DNA of 53,294 nucleotides, filler included, from Trypethelium eluteriae (GCA_051942245.1; 2 parts of 2 records of this genome joined end to end with filler, not necessarily neighbours in it), one strand, 5' to 3'; counted from the first letter of the whole stretch, positions 13,001 through 25,776 are shown. The notes: a model not told the origin generated them from the letters alone. A program made the numbers and translations.

Positions 13001-14690
13001 ATACGGGTTTCAGATTGGCGTCTATGCTGGCTTGGGTGCTGTCCAGGCTCTACTCATTTTCCTGTTTTCAGTCTCTCTTTCTGTTTTCGGAACTCGTGCA
13101 TCCAAAGTGATGCTCCAGCAAGCCATCTACCGCGTCCTGCGCGCGCCCATGTCTTTTTTTGATACTACGCCTTTGGGACGAATTACTAATCGGTTTTCGA
13201 AGGATATCGATGTCATGGACAATAACCTCACAGATGCGATGCGCATGTATTTCATGACCTTGGCAATGATTATCAGTGTTTTTGCGCTCATCATTGCATA
13301 TTTTTACTACTTTGCTGTTGCTTTGGCACCACTGCTTGTCCTATTCACCTTCTCGGCAAGCTATTACCGTGCTAGTGCGCGAGAGATGAAGAGACACGAG
13401 TCGGTGCTCCGCTCGCACGTCTTCGCCCGCTTCAGCGAGGCTGTTTTCGGCACAGCTACCGTCCGCGCCTACGGGGTGACAGAGCAATTCTCCCAGTCTG
13501 TCAGACGCACGGTGGATGAGATGGATGGCGCATACTTTCTCACCTTCGCCAACCAGCGCTGGTTGAGTGTGCGTCTCGACGCTATTGGTAATCTCTTGGT
13601 TCTCACTGTCGGCATTCTGGTCGTCACATCTCGATTTCAAGTCAACCCTTCGATTGGCGGCCTGGTACTTTCCTACATCCTGTCCATTGTTCAGATGATC
13701 CAGTTCACCGTCCGCCAACTTTCAGAGGTGGAAAACAACATGAACTCAACCGAGCGGATCCACTATTACGGCAACGAACTCGAGGAAGAGGCTCCCCTCA
13801 AACTTGCCGATGTCCGTGACTCCTGGCCTGAAAAGGGCGAAATCGTCTTCGACGACGTCCAAATGCGATACCGCGCTGGCCTGCCTCTCGTTCTGCAAGG
13901 CCTAAGCATGCATGTCCAAGCCGGCGAGCGCATTGGCATTGTCGGTCGCACAGGTGCGGGCAAGTCCAGCATTATGAGCACGCTCTTCCGGCTCATCGAA
14001 TTGAGTGGAGGCCGCATAACAATTGATGGGGTTGACATCGCGAAGGTTGGCCTTCACGATTTGCGGACTCGCCTCGCCATCATCCCACAGGATCCCACGC
14101 TTTTCCGGGGCACCATCCGCAGCAATCTCGATCCATTCAACGAGCATACGGATCTGGAGCTTTGGGGCGCGTTGCGGCAGGCGGATCTGGTGAGCGAGAA
14201 TGCCGAGACGGGCGAGCGGGCGGCGCAGGGACGCATACAATTAGACAGCGTAGTGGAAGAGGAAGGACTGAATTTCTCGCTGGGTCAACGCCAGCTCATG
14301 GCACTTGCGCGTGCCCTTGTTCGCGGTTCGCAGATTATCGTGTGTGATGAGGCAACGTCGTCGGTGGATATGGAGACGGACCAGAAGATTCAGGATACAA
14401 TTGTGCAGGGCTTCAAAGGGAAGACGCTGCTGTGTATTGCGCATCGGCTGAAGACAATCATTGGATATGATCGCATTTGCGTTATGGATACGGGCCGGAT
14501 TGCGGAGTTGGGACCTCCGAGACAGCTGTATGAGGATGGTGGTATCTTCAGAGGCATGTGTGATAGGAGCGGGATCCGTAGGGAAGACTTCGTCGACGTA
14601 GAAGCTGATGATGACGATGACGATAAAGGCAGGGGTAACGTGGTGATGGATGAGAAGGATGTGGAAAAGGAGACAAAGAACATGCATTAA
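10067..14690 (+). CDS. YOR1: ABCC/MRP multidrug transporter (Yor1-like); introns 10472-10522 and 12965-13013
   Basis: Two TMD-NBD halves: GSVGSGKSS / VSGGQKQR / LMDD and GRTGAGKSS / FSLGQRQ / VCDEATSSVD. Splicing joins the three ORF segments in frame. The symbol reflects family resemblance, not proven orthology. Confidence 0.92.
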
Positions 14691-14874
14691 GCGTGGCGTT
14701 ACCTCGGACATTTTCGGAAAGACCGTTTATAGACGTACATATCTCGAGAAATAATTCAAGATCAGAACGATGTCTCCGTATTTAGTACCAATACAGATCA
14801 CTTAATGTAGATTCTATATTTACAATTTTCCATCTTGCCTTTCACCGAGTCTATACAAATCCTAATATTTACCC

Positions 14875-15906
14875 TCACTCCCTGATGAGTTCGTTCCTCC
14901 GGGAAATACGTGATGATTGGCTCCGATTCAATACAACGTTCCAATCCACATTCTCCCACCACCTCTCCAGGTAATACCTCTTTCCCATTATCCCATACAA
15001 TGGCAGCCAGACATGTTCCCATGTATTCACACACAACATCGGCTGCACGTCCAACCCCCCCGGCCGTTTCTTCCCTTCGGAGTAAGGCCCAAAACTTCCA
15101 GCCGAGTTCTGCACCTCCGTCTGTCTCTTCTGCTGCTCCCCGGTCAGGCCTCCCATGCTACCTACACTCTGCGTGTTCATATCCACCGCCTGCAAGCGCG
15201 TGTGCGCCCCCGCGAGCGGGGAACCGGCGAGATACGTGGTCAGAATGCGGAACTGCCCCTGGGTTTGCACCAGCCAGACGAAGCCCGGGCCGAACATGGC
15301 CTCGGCGGTCGCGAGCAGCTCGTCTCGCAGGGTGTCGAGGGAGCCGAAGGTGGAGATGAGCGAGGTGGCAAGCTTGGTGGGAATGGTAGTCGTGCTGCTG
15401 GCGGAAGCGAGAGCCTCGAAGAAGAAGTGGTTGTTGTAGGCCATGCTGGCGTAGTTGAAGAGTGCGGCTTGCAGCGGATCCCGCGCGTAGGCAAGGAGGA
15501 GGTCCTTAGCAGTTTTGGATTCTTCGGGCGTGCCTAAGTTTCAGGGTGAGCAAGTGGAGGAGAATCGGGGAGCAATGGGTGGTCTTGGAGGGTTTCGTAC
15601 CGACAGTGAGATCATTTATCTTTTGAACCATGAGACTTTGATAGTCGCTCCACGCGATCTTGTAGGACTGCGGATCGAGAAGATCGCCCACTCCATGCTC
15701 TGTCCACTGCTTGTCATGATTCAGTGTTGGCACATTATGAAGCAGGCGTGCTTGGACTGGGCGTGGTATTCGCGGACGTCGTTTCTGGAAGCCTCAACGT
15801 CAGCATGTGTGGAAAGTTTCATGTGGAAGACGATTCTCGATCTTACCCATGATCTTGCAGTGGGCCTCAAGCAGCTACAAGGCTGGAACGGCGGCCTGAG
15901 GAGCAT
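14875..15906 (-). CDS. Fe/Mn-SOD-fold mitochondrial small-subunit ribosomal protein (Rsm26/Mrp1-like); introns 15785-15846 and 15534-15600
   Basis: Spliced product has an Arg-rich presequence, then AALFNYASMAYNNHFFF, MFGPGFVWLV and PMLCVNTWEHVWL. The SOD metal ligands are incomplete (NTWEH instead of DxWEH), as expected for the ribosomal paralog. Confidence 0.82.
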
Positions 15907-16528
15907 TGCGGTGAAGAATGGCAAGTCTTGTGCTTGCTGGGAATATTTCTTGAAGCGCTGGAAGCCGAATGGGGAATAGTGGGCAAAGGCAGCCCGACCG
16001 GCTCATCCACTTGTTTCTTCTCTACTGCCGCCTCTGAGACCTACAAACTCCACCCCGTACAGAATCCTGCTTTCGCACCGTGGTCATTGGAAATGCGCAT
16101 GTCCAAGCATTCCGAAGAGTCACGCGCTCGTGATGCCGACATGGTCGCTTCGAAGCGCCTTTGTCCAGTCAGTCAGCGCCTTCAGACCTATTCCTAGAAC
16201 AAAGAGGATCTCGCCGATCAATGATGGTAAGGAAACAATCGCCATTGTCTCTCCTACGAATCGATCATTTCGCCGATTAGGCACAGTCAGCCCAGGCGGT
16301 TCTGATAAAACCAGCCTGTCTCCTCACATCTTCCATCTTCGACTTCTTCCGTAGTCACAGGTTTGACTTTCTTTTCAATGCATGCAAGATAATTTGGTAG
16401 TCATCGTTCTCTTCGCTTGTCAGCAGGCTACGTTGCGATATCTGAGTCCACCAACTTACTCCACCTACAAACCAACGCGACTCTGACTTCATAGCTTATC
16501 GGCTGGACCGTTTTTACTATTGCCCACC

Positions 16529-17866
16529 ATGGCGCCATCTCAGATGTCCAAACTTGCCACTATCTGCGCCATCTCTGCTACAGTGCCTTCTTCATGTGCG
16601 CTCTCGATAGCCCTTGATGCGGCCTCTACTCTGGGACTATTTTCACGCGATACTGACGATTCCAATACCTGCTCTGGAGACTCCTCTTTAACGCCCTGCG
16701 GTGGTGCACTTCCATCTGACTTTTGCTGTGCGTCAGGAACCACCTGCATGCCACTGAATAACAATACCGCCGCTATTTGCTGTCCTCAAGGCCAGGATTG
16801 CAACGTTATCCAGCCCATAAACTGCGACACGTCCCTTCAGAACGCGACGCTCAATCCTAGCTCTTCACTTCATTCGACCGATCTCAGTTCCCAGCTACCT
16901 TCGTGCGGCTCCAATTTGTGCTGTCCACTTGGCTATACCTGTCAAGACAATGGCTGCTGGATGGATAAGGACAATGCGAATGCAACGAACCAAACTTCTA
17001 CCTCTGCACCACCATCACCAGTTGCCTCGTACACAGCATCCGTAGCCCATCCCTCCGGCACATCACCAGCAGGCGACACTTCCTCTAGCCCGGCACCTTC
17101 ATCTTCCAGCGGCATCACTCCCGGCGGAGCCGCAGCTGTAGCCTTCTTTCCCGCTCTCCTCGTCGGCGCCGCCCTCGCGTTTCTTGGCCTCTGGCTCTAT
17201 AATAAGCGCCGTGAAAGAGCTGCTGGCAAACCCAAAGAAATCCGCCACTCAGACTCCCTCTCCCACACCACACGCAACGTCTCCGACCCCATCTACGACC
17301 CCCGCTACGGCAACCGTACCGATTTTCTCGCCTCTGGCCGCAGCGTTAGCGACTACACTGCCGAAATGAGTGGCGCGAACCCGTACGCCGTCGGCTCCCC
17401 TCCACGTGGCCAGCCGGGCTCAGGTGGCGGCCGTTCCGGCTTCTCCTTCGAACCGTCACCACCGGCCAGAACGCCGGGAACCAGCACCTCGGATCGTGTG
17501 CGCTCCATCTTCGGGCGGTCCCCACGCGGCAGCAGTGCACTCTCACCCCCCAGCGGTGGCCCCGGCACAAGAGGTCCGCCGCCTCCGATCATGACGCAGC
17601 GACATAACAGCGGGGAGACGATTGATGTGTTGATGCCGCCGCAGCCGAGCTACGGGAATGAGGGAGGCGGCTTCGGCCTGACGCCTCCAGCGGGCAATTC
17701 GGCTCGGAATACCACGTTCTCGAGTATGATGGAGCAGGCGGGGTTCAAGAGGAGCGATTTGACAGGAAGGGATAGCGAGAGCAATCCAAGAAGTGGGGGC
17801 AACGGAGGTGGGAGGGATGGAGGGTCGGCGCGGGCGCCGGCTGTGAGCCCGAGGAGTAGGTATTGA
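16529..17866 (+). CDS. Single-pass membrane protein with Cys-rich ectodomain, Ser/Thr stalk and Pro/Gly/Ser-rich tail
   Basis: Hydrophobic N-terminus; CCASGTTC, CCPQGQDC and CCPLGYTC modules; TM AAAVAFFPALLVGAALAFLGLWLY followed by NKRRER. Confidence 0.8.
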   Translation: MAPSQMSKLATICAISATVPSSCALSIALDAASTLGLFSRDTDDSNTCSGDSSLTPCGGALPSDFCCASGTTCMPLNNNTAAICCPQGQDCNVIQPINCDTSLQNATLNPSSSLHSTDLSSQLPSCGSNLCCPLGYTCQDNGCWMDKDNANATNQTSTSAPPSPVASYTASVAHPSGTSPAGDTSSSPAPSSSSGITPGGAAAVAFFPALLVGAALAFLGLWLYNKRRERAAGKPKEIRHSDSLSHTTRNVSDPIYDPRYGNRTDFLASGRSVSDYTAEMSGANPYAVGSPPRGQPGSGGGRSGFSFEPSPPARTPGTSTSDRVRSIFGRSPRGSSALSPPSGGPGTRGPPPPIMTQRHNSGETIDVLMPPQPSYGNEGGGFGLTPPAGNSARNTTFSSMMEQAGFKRSDLTGRDSESNPRSGGNGGGRDGGSARAPAVSPRSRY

Positions 17867-18245
17867 TGAGAATATTGACGGGAGCTTTCTATCTTTGTGA
17901 GTGAGGAGAGAATGGAACGTGCATTGCATGGTGCAAAGGGTGCATTGCTTGGGTTTTGATCCCTCTTACCTACTGGCAGACGCCTTTTCTTTCAATTCTG
18001 TGAATAGTACCTTTTTGCATATAAAGCGCTTTGGAGACCTCATAGTTGCAGGGTAGAGTGATGATATCTAGCAAATGTCTATTTCAATCAATATCTTCTA
18101 TTAAATTACGTGTCCACCACTCCAAGACAGCCATGTGCCAAGTTTTTATAGGTATGTTGGCTTTTTTCGTTGTCCTCATCTTTCTCATGAGATTTCCGTA
18201 CCAGCCCTCATCACACTTCGTCCCTTTCCTCCAATTCTCTCCCCG

Positions 18246-19070
18246 TTATCTCAACATTCCCTTCACCCTCTCCTCAAACGCTCCTACCATCATCTCTGCT
18301 ACCCGCGGCGCTACCGCCTTGCTCAATCCGCTATATACCGGATTCGCAAACGCATACTCCAAATGTAGGCTCACCTCCGTCTGCTCTCGCGCCGGATGCG
18401 TCGTCGGATCCTCCGGCCGCGCAGGCTGCTTCGGCGACGGCGCACTCGACGACATCGACGGCAGCGGCGGCGGTTTGTATGGGTAAGGTCGCAGAGTCCA
18501 GCGGGTGCGGAGGTGGGTGAGGAGGTTGTTGCCGCTCTCGCTGCCACTGCTGGTACTGCTACTGCTGTTGGATTGGGGATCAGGCGTGCGTGGGGAGTGG
18601 TGCTGGATCGCTTCTTCGGGAAGTGAGGTGTGGGTGTCGCCGCTGACGGCTTCGACGACGCGGCCGGGGATGCAGTAGACGCGGCTGGTGAAGGATTCGC
18701 GCACGTTCTGCCAGCCGATGGTGAGGGTGGCTTCTTCGGGCCATTGGACCTCCTTCTGCTCGCTGCTATTGTCTTTTGTGTTTTTGGATGAGACGGGAGT
18801 GGGTTTTGACCATTTTGTGACGGTGGAGGAGACGCAGTAGGGGAGAAAAGTGGAGTATTGACCTATGTCCGCGATGATAGTGTAGAGGAGGTCGTGCTGG
18901 TAGGGGAGCGTGCGGGAGGCGCTAAGGATTTGGATCCCTTGGAAAGGATTTTCGATGAAGGTACGACGATAACTGGGGAGGGTCGAAGGCTTAGGTAGTG
19001 GCCGTTGAGGTCTTGTCAAGAGGGATCGCTGGTGGAGGAGTGGTCTAAGGAGTCGCGTGCCATTGCTCAT
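18246..19070 (-). CDS. COQ10: Coenzyme Q-binding START-domain protein
   Basis: Presequence, then LYTIIADIGQYSTFLPYC, ESFTSRVYC, LRTRWTL, FANPVY and MVGAFEER. Confidence 0.85.
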   Translation of the reverse strand: MSNGTRLLRPLLHQRSLLTRPQRPLPKPSTLPSYRRTFIENPFQGIQILSASRTLPYQHDLLYTIIADIGQYSTFLPYCVSSTVTKWSKPTPVSSKNTKDNSSEQKEVQWPEEATLTIGWQNVRESFTSRVYCIPGRVVEAVSGDTHTSLPEEAIQHHSPRTPDPQSNSSSSTSSGSESGNNLLTHLRTRWTLRPYPYKPPPLPSMSSSAPSPKQPARPEDPTTHPAREQTEVSLHLEYAFANPVYSGLSKAVAPRVAEMMVGAFEERVKGMLR

Positions 19071-20024
19071 AGCGAACAGTTAGGGAGATTTGGAGCTCGA
19101 CGGAAGCTCAATTGGTACACGAACGACTTTGATAGAAATCTCTATGAAACGTCACTTGACTTCGAGAAGGAGTACGTGAAAAGCTGGCGTTCATCCGAGG
19201 TTCGCCAGGAACCTGGGTGCAAATCATCTCAACGTCGTCATCGAAAAATAATTAAAAGTAGCATCGGTTGGGTCCAGATTGTCGGCAAACATTCCCTCCG
19301 TGAATACCGCACCACATCGCCAGTAAGGGATAGTCTGCTACAAAGCAGCTTCAAGAGGAATGACAACACTGTTCTGTGTCCCATATGGTGAAGGCATATC
19401 CGACTTCTGTGTGAAATCTGTACTATTCAAGACCACCGGCCAAGAACGTAGCAGCTTACTCGAAACGTTTCTATTTCACTACGGAAGTACTTTCTATTCT
19501 TGCCACCACCTTTGGAGCAGAATGATCCGGATATTCCCTTAGCGAGATTGCAGAGCCATTGCAATTACTCTTAGTCTCTCCTTGACTCAATATGCAGGAG
19601 GATCCAGCGAGGTCACATAGTTACATCGCACCAATAACCATACGCAGCTTTTGTATATCGTATTCTGCACAGTCAAAGGACTGACTGAAAGGCAATTTTG
19701 TCTTGGCGTGAACATTCAATAAGATCTAAACAGTAGGCGAGTTGTCTCGACCGAGAGGCCACTGCTTGACATTCGCCGCGCAAACTTGGTAAACCTTTGT
19801 GAAGCCAACTAAAAGGCTCTCTCAAATGCTTTTCGGTGGAGATGTTTCGTCGCTTCCTGAATGATTCATAAAACAATTCGGATCTGAATGAATATTTTTG
19901 GTCTCCAGTCGCTACTATAGTGCACCCCGAAAAGGCTAGAGCCTTTGAGTGCAGATTAAGATCCGTTAATACTCTTCTTGTATACTGTGCTCGGGACACC
20001 AACGGCATATCGAACTTCCGGATG

Positions 20025-21311
20025 TCAGACAACGCCAATCTCGCAGGCAGGCGTGATCTGATCAGAAGCAACAGTACTCCCATTGTCCCATGAAGATGTT
20101 TCAGACTCGTGGGATCCAACTTTCACTGTAAGAAGATCTATGCCATTCAAGTGATCGTCCATACGGCTGTACCTTGAGCTCTTTCTCCTACCTTCGCCGA
20201 TTTGCGGGTCGTCCGCATTCCTTCGAGATGCTGATACAGGAGTGGAATGAAATCTAGACTCGTAGCTTTCGCGAATAGCGCTAGGCACTTCTGTAAACTT
20301 GGTAATAAGTGGCCTGAACAGCGGAAGAGAAGCGCAGATTATTGCTGTGCCAAGCTGAAGCTCAGTCCAAAGTTCCGAGTACATGAGAGTGTCTTATAAA
20401 TATCAGCAGCAAACCCTCAATTCAGGAGAGCATACCTACGGAACTGATTACCAGGACCGTACAAGAGAGCAAGGCGAATACATCCCAGCAAGATGACACT
20501 TGGAGAGGATTAGTTTGGACATAAAACCATCGAGCTCACTTCCCTTTCACTTACAAAGACGCAAGGATGAAGGTGGTGCCGAGTAAGATTTTCTTCCTAG
20601 TACTGAGTTGGAGCTTCGCGATCACTTGAAGTGGTAGGACAAGGAGTACAACGTCGGTTATAATTTCAAAGAGTGACATCACCAAGAAGTAGCTTCGAAA
20701 GTCGAAGCAGTGGCCCTGAACGGTGTGATCCCAAAAAGCCGCCAGAGGTATACAGTATGAAAAGCCAGTGACCACGCCAACTATCATCCATGCGGTGAGC
20801 AGTATAGACAAGCCTGCAGTGACTCTTTTGAAGAAGGGGGTGTTAAACAAGCGCCGATATAGGAAGACGATCGAAAGTTTGGCCCACGCTATGCTAAAAA
20901 AGTAGCATTGGGAATTGAAGGCCTGTGACTTTTATATCGTTTAGACTGCGAAGGTCTTAGCATGACAGGTACAATGGGCTTACCTTCAGATATGTTCTTA
21001 CGCCGTTCGGATTTGATCCATTTTCAAGATCAGCTAGCCTGCGGACGGCAAAAACTCCTTTTCACGTCAATCGGAACTCATGTATTTGAGGCGACACAAG
21101 AGAGTTCCAGCAACATACCCCACGAAGACAAGCCGACGTATGCATACATGCCCATCAACCCTGGAATCAAAAAGTAATCATCTAAACCTAAGGGGGTCTT
21201 TTTGTTGGATACCCTGATACCTAACCGGAGGATGACGGAGAGAAGAGCCAGTATGCCAAAAAGCAGCCCTATGATAAAGGTCGCCTGAGCAATACTGTCA
21301 AAGCCGTCCAT
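20025..21311 (-). CDS. PTH11-like (rhodopsin-domain) integral membrane protein without CFEM, about 5 exons
   Basis: Spliced segments VILRLGIR...GLDDYFLI, AKLSIVFLYRRLF, CIPLAAFWD, ITDVVLLVLP, WTELQLGTAIICASLP. Introns near 21058-21118, 20923/20929-20983, 20499-20554 and 20393-20435/20439. Confidence 0.85.
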
Positions 21312-22226
21312 CTTTGGACCTCAGCCGGGGAGATAGGCCAAAGCTGACCGACGCCTGTGGAGCTGAAGGGGGAAAGGTAGGTCCTGGGCTTATTCTCGTG
21401 ACTCAGGACAGCAAATGCGACGATCTGAAAGTAGAACAGGGATTACGAGATCTGAGGCGACATGACCACGAGGAGTTCAAGAAGCATAGAACACAGTTCG
21501 ACGGTTCTTGGGCAATGAGCTCGCGCTGAAATGGGATTCGATTGATATCGGAAGAGTTTTGTCACAACGAAAGGAAGGAGGAGCAACGATGTGAAAAGAT
21601 CAACTCAACTCAATGTGTCATCACATCAGCACTGTATTATTCACAGGAAGACCAGAATAGTGGCTTTGAACGAAGCTAGCTTCGACATAACTGCCTCAGT
21701 GCCGGCTTTAAATCATTAAATATCCCTCGTTCGAGAACGATTGGCTGCTGCGAGGGTACGGGATTATTGTATTGGGGCCATTTAGTGCGTATGTATCGCA
21801 GTTCAGCTTAGGTGAGGCGTTTCAGGCGGTCACAAAGAGCTTGGGAGTAGCAAATCGGTGAACAGAAGGTCAGCCGCTGAGCTCTAGCCAGAAGATGTCG
21901 TACAGGGCCAGTGGAGGCTCAGCAGGAGCTTACGCAGTTTAGCCAACTGCTTATGTCACGTACACACTCCCAATTCCAATTTCTTGTGTGGTATTGCGCG
22001 CGCCCTGGCGTGCTTGGCTCCCTTTGGGCTCGTATCTGCGACTTTAAGCACATCTAGGTACGTAAGCCTACCTAGGTAAGTTTATTCAATCTGCACGGGC
22101 CGAGCGGGAGAGAATGATAGAGTAGAAGAGTACGGCCGAATTTCGGCTTTCACACTATGTTTCATTTGCATTTGCGCACAGCACACAATTTGAATCTTCA
22201 TTGCGACTTTTCCTACCTCTACCATA

Positions 22227-23489
22227 ATGGACGATGAAGAATGCGAGAAGCCCGTCAAGCGCCGTAATCGGCAACAACTCTCCAACGCAATGGAACATAT
22301 GCGATTCGCCGTAACCTACGACCCCAAGTTCTCCTCCACGTCCCCAACCCCACCACCTCTCGACTCCCTTTCCCTCTCCGAACAAGATGCGTACGGCGTA
22401 CCTGCTTCCCTTCAACCTCTGCGCCACCCGCCGGAACGATCCGAAGATCCATCCAACCAACTGAAGCGCACCGACCCTTTCCAATTCGGCTCCCGCTACT
22501 TACAAGAAGGCGACGACATCTTCGCCTTCAACGCCTGGGATCACGTCGAGACCGACGCGGCCTACGCTGAGTTCGCCGAACTGCAGTACGCCAAGCAGCG
22601 GGAGGCGCCGGTCTCGGACTTCGATCGGAAGCGGTTCAATCAGGACCCTGCGAAGTGGTGGAACAAGTTCTACGGATCGAATTCGGCGAATTTCTTCAAG
22701 AATCGGAAGTGGTTGCAGCAGGAGTTTCCGGTCTTAAAGGAGGTCACGAAGAAAGGGGCGGGTAGGAAGGTGCTGTTGGAAGTGGGAGCCGGGGCTGGAA
22801 ATACGGCATTTCCGATATTGAGGGAGAATGAGAATGAGGAGTTGAGAGTACATGCTTGTGACTTCTCGAAGAAGGCGGTCGAGGTGATGAAGAAGAGTGA
22901 ACATTATGATGAAAAGATTATGCATGCCAATGTATGGGACGTGGCAGGGACAGGAGAGAGTGCGCTACCCCCAGGACTCGAGCCGGGAAGTGTGGATGTG
23001 GTATTGATGATATTCATCTTTTCCGCTCTGGCGCCAAACCAATGGGACCAAGCATTGAAGAACATTTTCTCGGTGCTGAAGCCCGGTGGCCAAGTGTTGT
23101 TCCGGGACTACGGAAGAGGAGACTTATCACAAATTCGATTCAAAAAGGAAAGATGGATGCAAGAAAACTTCTACATCCGAGGAGACGGGACTAGAGTATA
23201 CTTTTTCGACAAAGATGAGCTGGGAGATATTTGGAAGGGGAAGACTTTTCAGCCACCCACAGAAGAGCCTGAAGACCGGACTGTATTTGAAGAGAAAGAG
23301 CCTCGGGAATCGAATGGAGTAGTCGAGGACTCGATATCACATACTACTACTCCTGCGTTTGATATCGAGGATATTGGAATTGACCGTCGCATGCTTGTGA
23401 ATCGTCAAAGACGCCTCAAGATGTATCGGGTCTGGTTACAAGCCGTTTTTCGAAAGCCATCTCAGGAATCACAATCCACCAATTCATGA
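22227..23489 (+). CDS. TRM140: tRNA 3-methylcytidine (m3C32) methyltransferase
   Basis: FGSRYL, FNAWDHVE, FFKNRKWLQQEFP, LEVGAGAGNT, ACDFS, FRDYGRGDL, YIRGDGTRVYFF and DRRMLVNR. Start codon 22227 or 22290. Confidence 0.92.
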   Translation: MDDEECEKPVKRRNRQQLSNAMEHMRFAVTYDPKFSSTSPTPPPLDSLSLSEQDAYGVPASLQPLRHPPERSEDPSNQLKRTDPFQFGSRYLQEGDDIFAFNAWDHVETDAAYAEFAELQYAKQREAPVSDFDRKRFNQDPAKWWNKFYGSNSANFFKNRKWLQQEFPVLKEVTKKGAGRKVLLEVGAGAGNTAFPILRENENEELRVHACDFSKKAVEVMKKSEHYDEKIMHANVWDVAGTGESALPPGLEPGSVDVVLMIFIFSALAPNQWDQALKNIFSVLKPGGQVLFRDYGRGDLSQIRFKKERWMQENFYIRGDGTRVYFFDKDELGDIWKGKTFQPPTEEPEDRTVFEEKEPRESNGVVEDSISHTTTPAFDIEDIGIDRRMLVNRQRRLKMYRVWLQAVFRKPSQESQSTNS

Positions 23490-23509
23490 AGATCCCGCAC
23501 ACTTGATTC

Positions 23510-25334
23510 TCAACATCTCAAATTGACCACCGCCGCACTCGAATGCGGCACATCCACACTGAAGCTTCCATTTGTACCAACCGCAACGCTCTCCCCTATC
23601 GTTACGTTGTTCAACCTGACGGGCATTCCGTTCATCAGTTCATAATTATAACTCAATCCATCCCAGGTAATCCCGGTAATGGCGTCGCTTCCGTTCGCCA
23701 TTAATCTGCTTACGCTTGCGTTTCCAGTGCAGCTCTCTGGAACCTGGAAACCGTAAGTGGTTACCGGTCTCGGCCCTTCGGTACTCGCATTCGAATAATT
23801 GTATTGCTGCATGTTAATTACCATTACCCTTTGCAGTACCGTATCCTGGTATGCTGCATAAGCGGCTTCCATTGGATTGGAGAGTGGGATATTAGCAATG
23901 GAAGTGTTCTGGGCGGTCGTGTTCGCCGTATTTCCGGAGACATTCCCAATGAAAGCTGCCACGGCAATGTTACCGTAATAAGGGGCTTTGGTGCCAATAG
24001 AACTCTTGTTGGTCTCTATTGGTTGCCAGGAGTCATAGCGATAGTTGGTGCCCTGATGCATGTGTACACGACGGATGTTGTTCGCGGCACAGTAGAGATT
24101 GAAGTCTACAGATCGGAAGTCATTAATCTGCTATCACGTCGCGTTCATTGGAAAGCTCGGGGAAAAGGAGGAAACTTACCAACACCCCAAAGCGCTGCTC
24201 CGAAGCTATTCGACAGACCTGGTGCCCCCTCGTTGTATAGAGAATTTGTCTCGCCAAGGATGAAGGGTAGTCCGGCGCTTCCATTAATTCCGGCCAGCAG
24301 TCTGGACTCGTTCAATTGGTGCGCAACACTTGCGACGGTCATCGAGTGGTTCATCAACGTTCCCTGCAGTGTCACGCCCGGCTGAGTCGCGCCTCCAATG
24401 TAACTTCAGGCAAAAGTCAGCCAGGCCCGTCCTAATTACAAAATGAACAACGATCGTGCCCGCGGAAGACTTACTTATGGCTCGAAATATACTCAATGTC
24501 TCCATTGTTGTCCAGTCCATCCTCCCACGTCCGGATCGGATCCAACGAATTCCCTGTCCCCGCAAAATTTGGCGCCATGTACAAATACTCAGTCGCGGTC
24601 GTCAAATTGGAACAATTGCCCTGCAGCACCTCCTTGATCCTCCCGGTCCAATACAGCCACTCATCCACATAGCTCTGCTCTGTCCAGTTCGCGGGTCGTA
24701 CAATTCCCTGTGCACTCGTCTTGAATAGGTCCGGCTCGTTTCCTAGCTCCCACACATTCAGACGGCCATCCTGCCCAAGCGCCGCGCAAGCATAAGGGAC
24801 GCTGTCTAGGAGGGCATCTCGTGCACTACTGGAGTTGCGTCCGAGGTTAAAGCCGTGTGAGAAACGGGTGTCTGGCCAAGTCGCATAAGACTCAAAGTAC
24901 GGGGGTCCAAAGGTGAGGATGGTAGGGTAGTCTGTTGAGAGGTTAGGCTGAATGATGCCAACGGTGGCGACATCGAGGGAGGAATTGAAGATAGCGTAGT
25001 CTCTGGAGGAGGGGGGTCAGTCGCTTGCCGTCTTTATTAAATCGGCAACCCGGAGAGAAAACAGGGAGACGTACTGAGTATTTCCACCGACGCGAATGAA
25101 TGGTTTGGTCCCAGTGAGATTGCCAAGGTTATTCAGGAGATTGTTTGAGAAGGTATTCGGCTGCGACAGATTTCCAGCGAAATCGGGGAAGGAAGAGAAC
25201 TCGATACTGAATGAAACAAAACCTTCAAGCGGTATTCCAGCACCAGCCGGTGGATTTCCACTGACAGAAATCGTTTGACAGGTGCTCAGAGCACCAAAAA
25301 TCGAAAGCATTAGCAATACCTGACTTTTCGCCAT
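23510..25334 (-). CDS. Secreted glycoside hydrolase family 79 (beta-glucuronidase-like); introns 25003-25074, 24404-24474, 24106-24179
   Basis: Signal peptide; SFSIEFSSFPDFAGN, IRVGGNTQD, WELGNEPD (acid/base), ILGETNS (nucleophile), SNSFGAALW and MHQGT. Confidence 0.9.
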
Positions 25335-25776
25335 GTTCGACGAGCTTTTGAAAACCGCAGAGAAGTAGAAAAGAGCAAAAGAAAGAAAGATTGAAAAAAC
25401 ATGACCTCATATACGGCGAAATCCTCCGTTTCTACGGAGTATTTTGGCTAATTTTAATTTGATCGACCATCAACGGCCAAATGTAGCATGTAACTATCCC
25501 CACACCCCGCATGTCAACGGCGCCAGAGGTGCATCATTGTCCCGGCGTTCCTGCAGATCGCCGAGGGGAACTCAACAGGGTGACAGAGTACCTGAGTCGA
25601 CGATTTGAGAGTCTGGACCTTCAGAGAGCTTTGAAGACCTGTGTAAGCTTTATCACTTCACGCACAGCTCAACCAACCTTACTATCCTTGTACGAAGCGA
25701 CTTTTTTTTTTTTGGTTGAAGCAAAATCTTCTGATAAACTATCTCCAAATATCGTTCTTCAATGTGTCCATTTCTT

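Noticed and set aside
14875..15906. Active Mn/Fe superoxide dismutase
   Set aside because: Metal-ligand residues are not all conserved; it fits the SOD-fold mitoribosomal paralog better.
22054..22075. CTAGGTA/TACCTAG inverted repeat, and TAGGTA-type repeats near 37249-37270
   Set aside because: Short low-complexity motifs common in fungal intergenic DNA; no spacer array or transposon structure.
22227..23489. Programmed +1 frameshift as in yeast ABP140/TRM140
   Set aside because: The gene is one continuous ORF and I saw no CTTAGGC slippery site.
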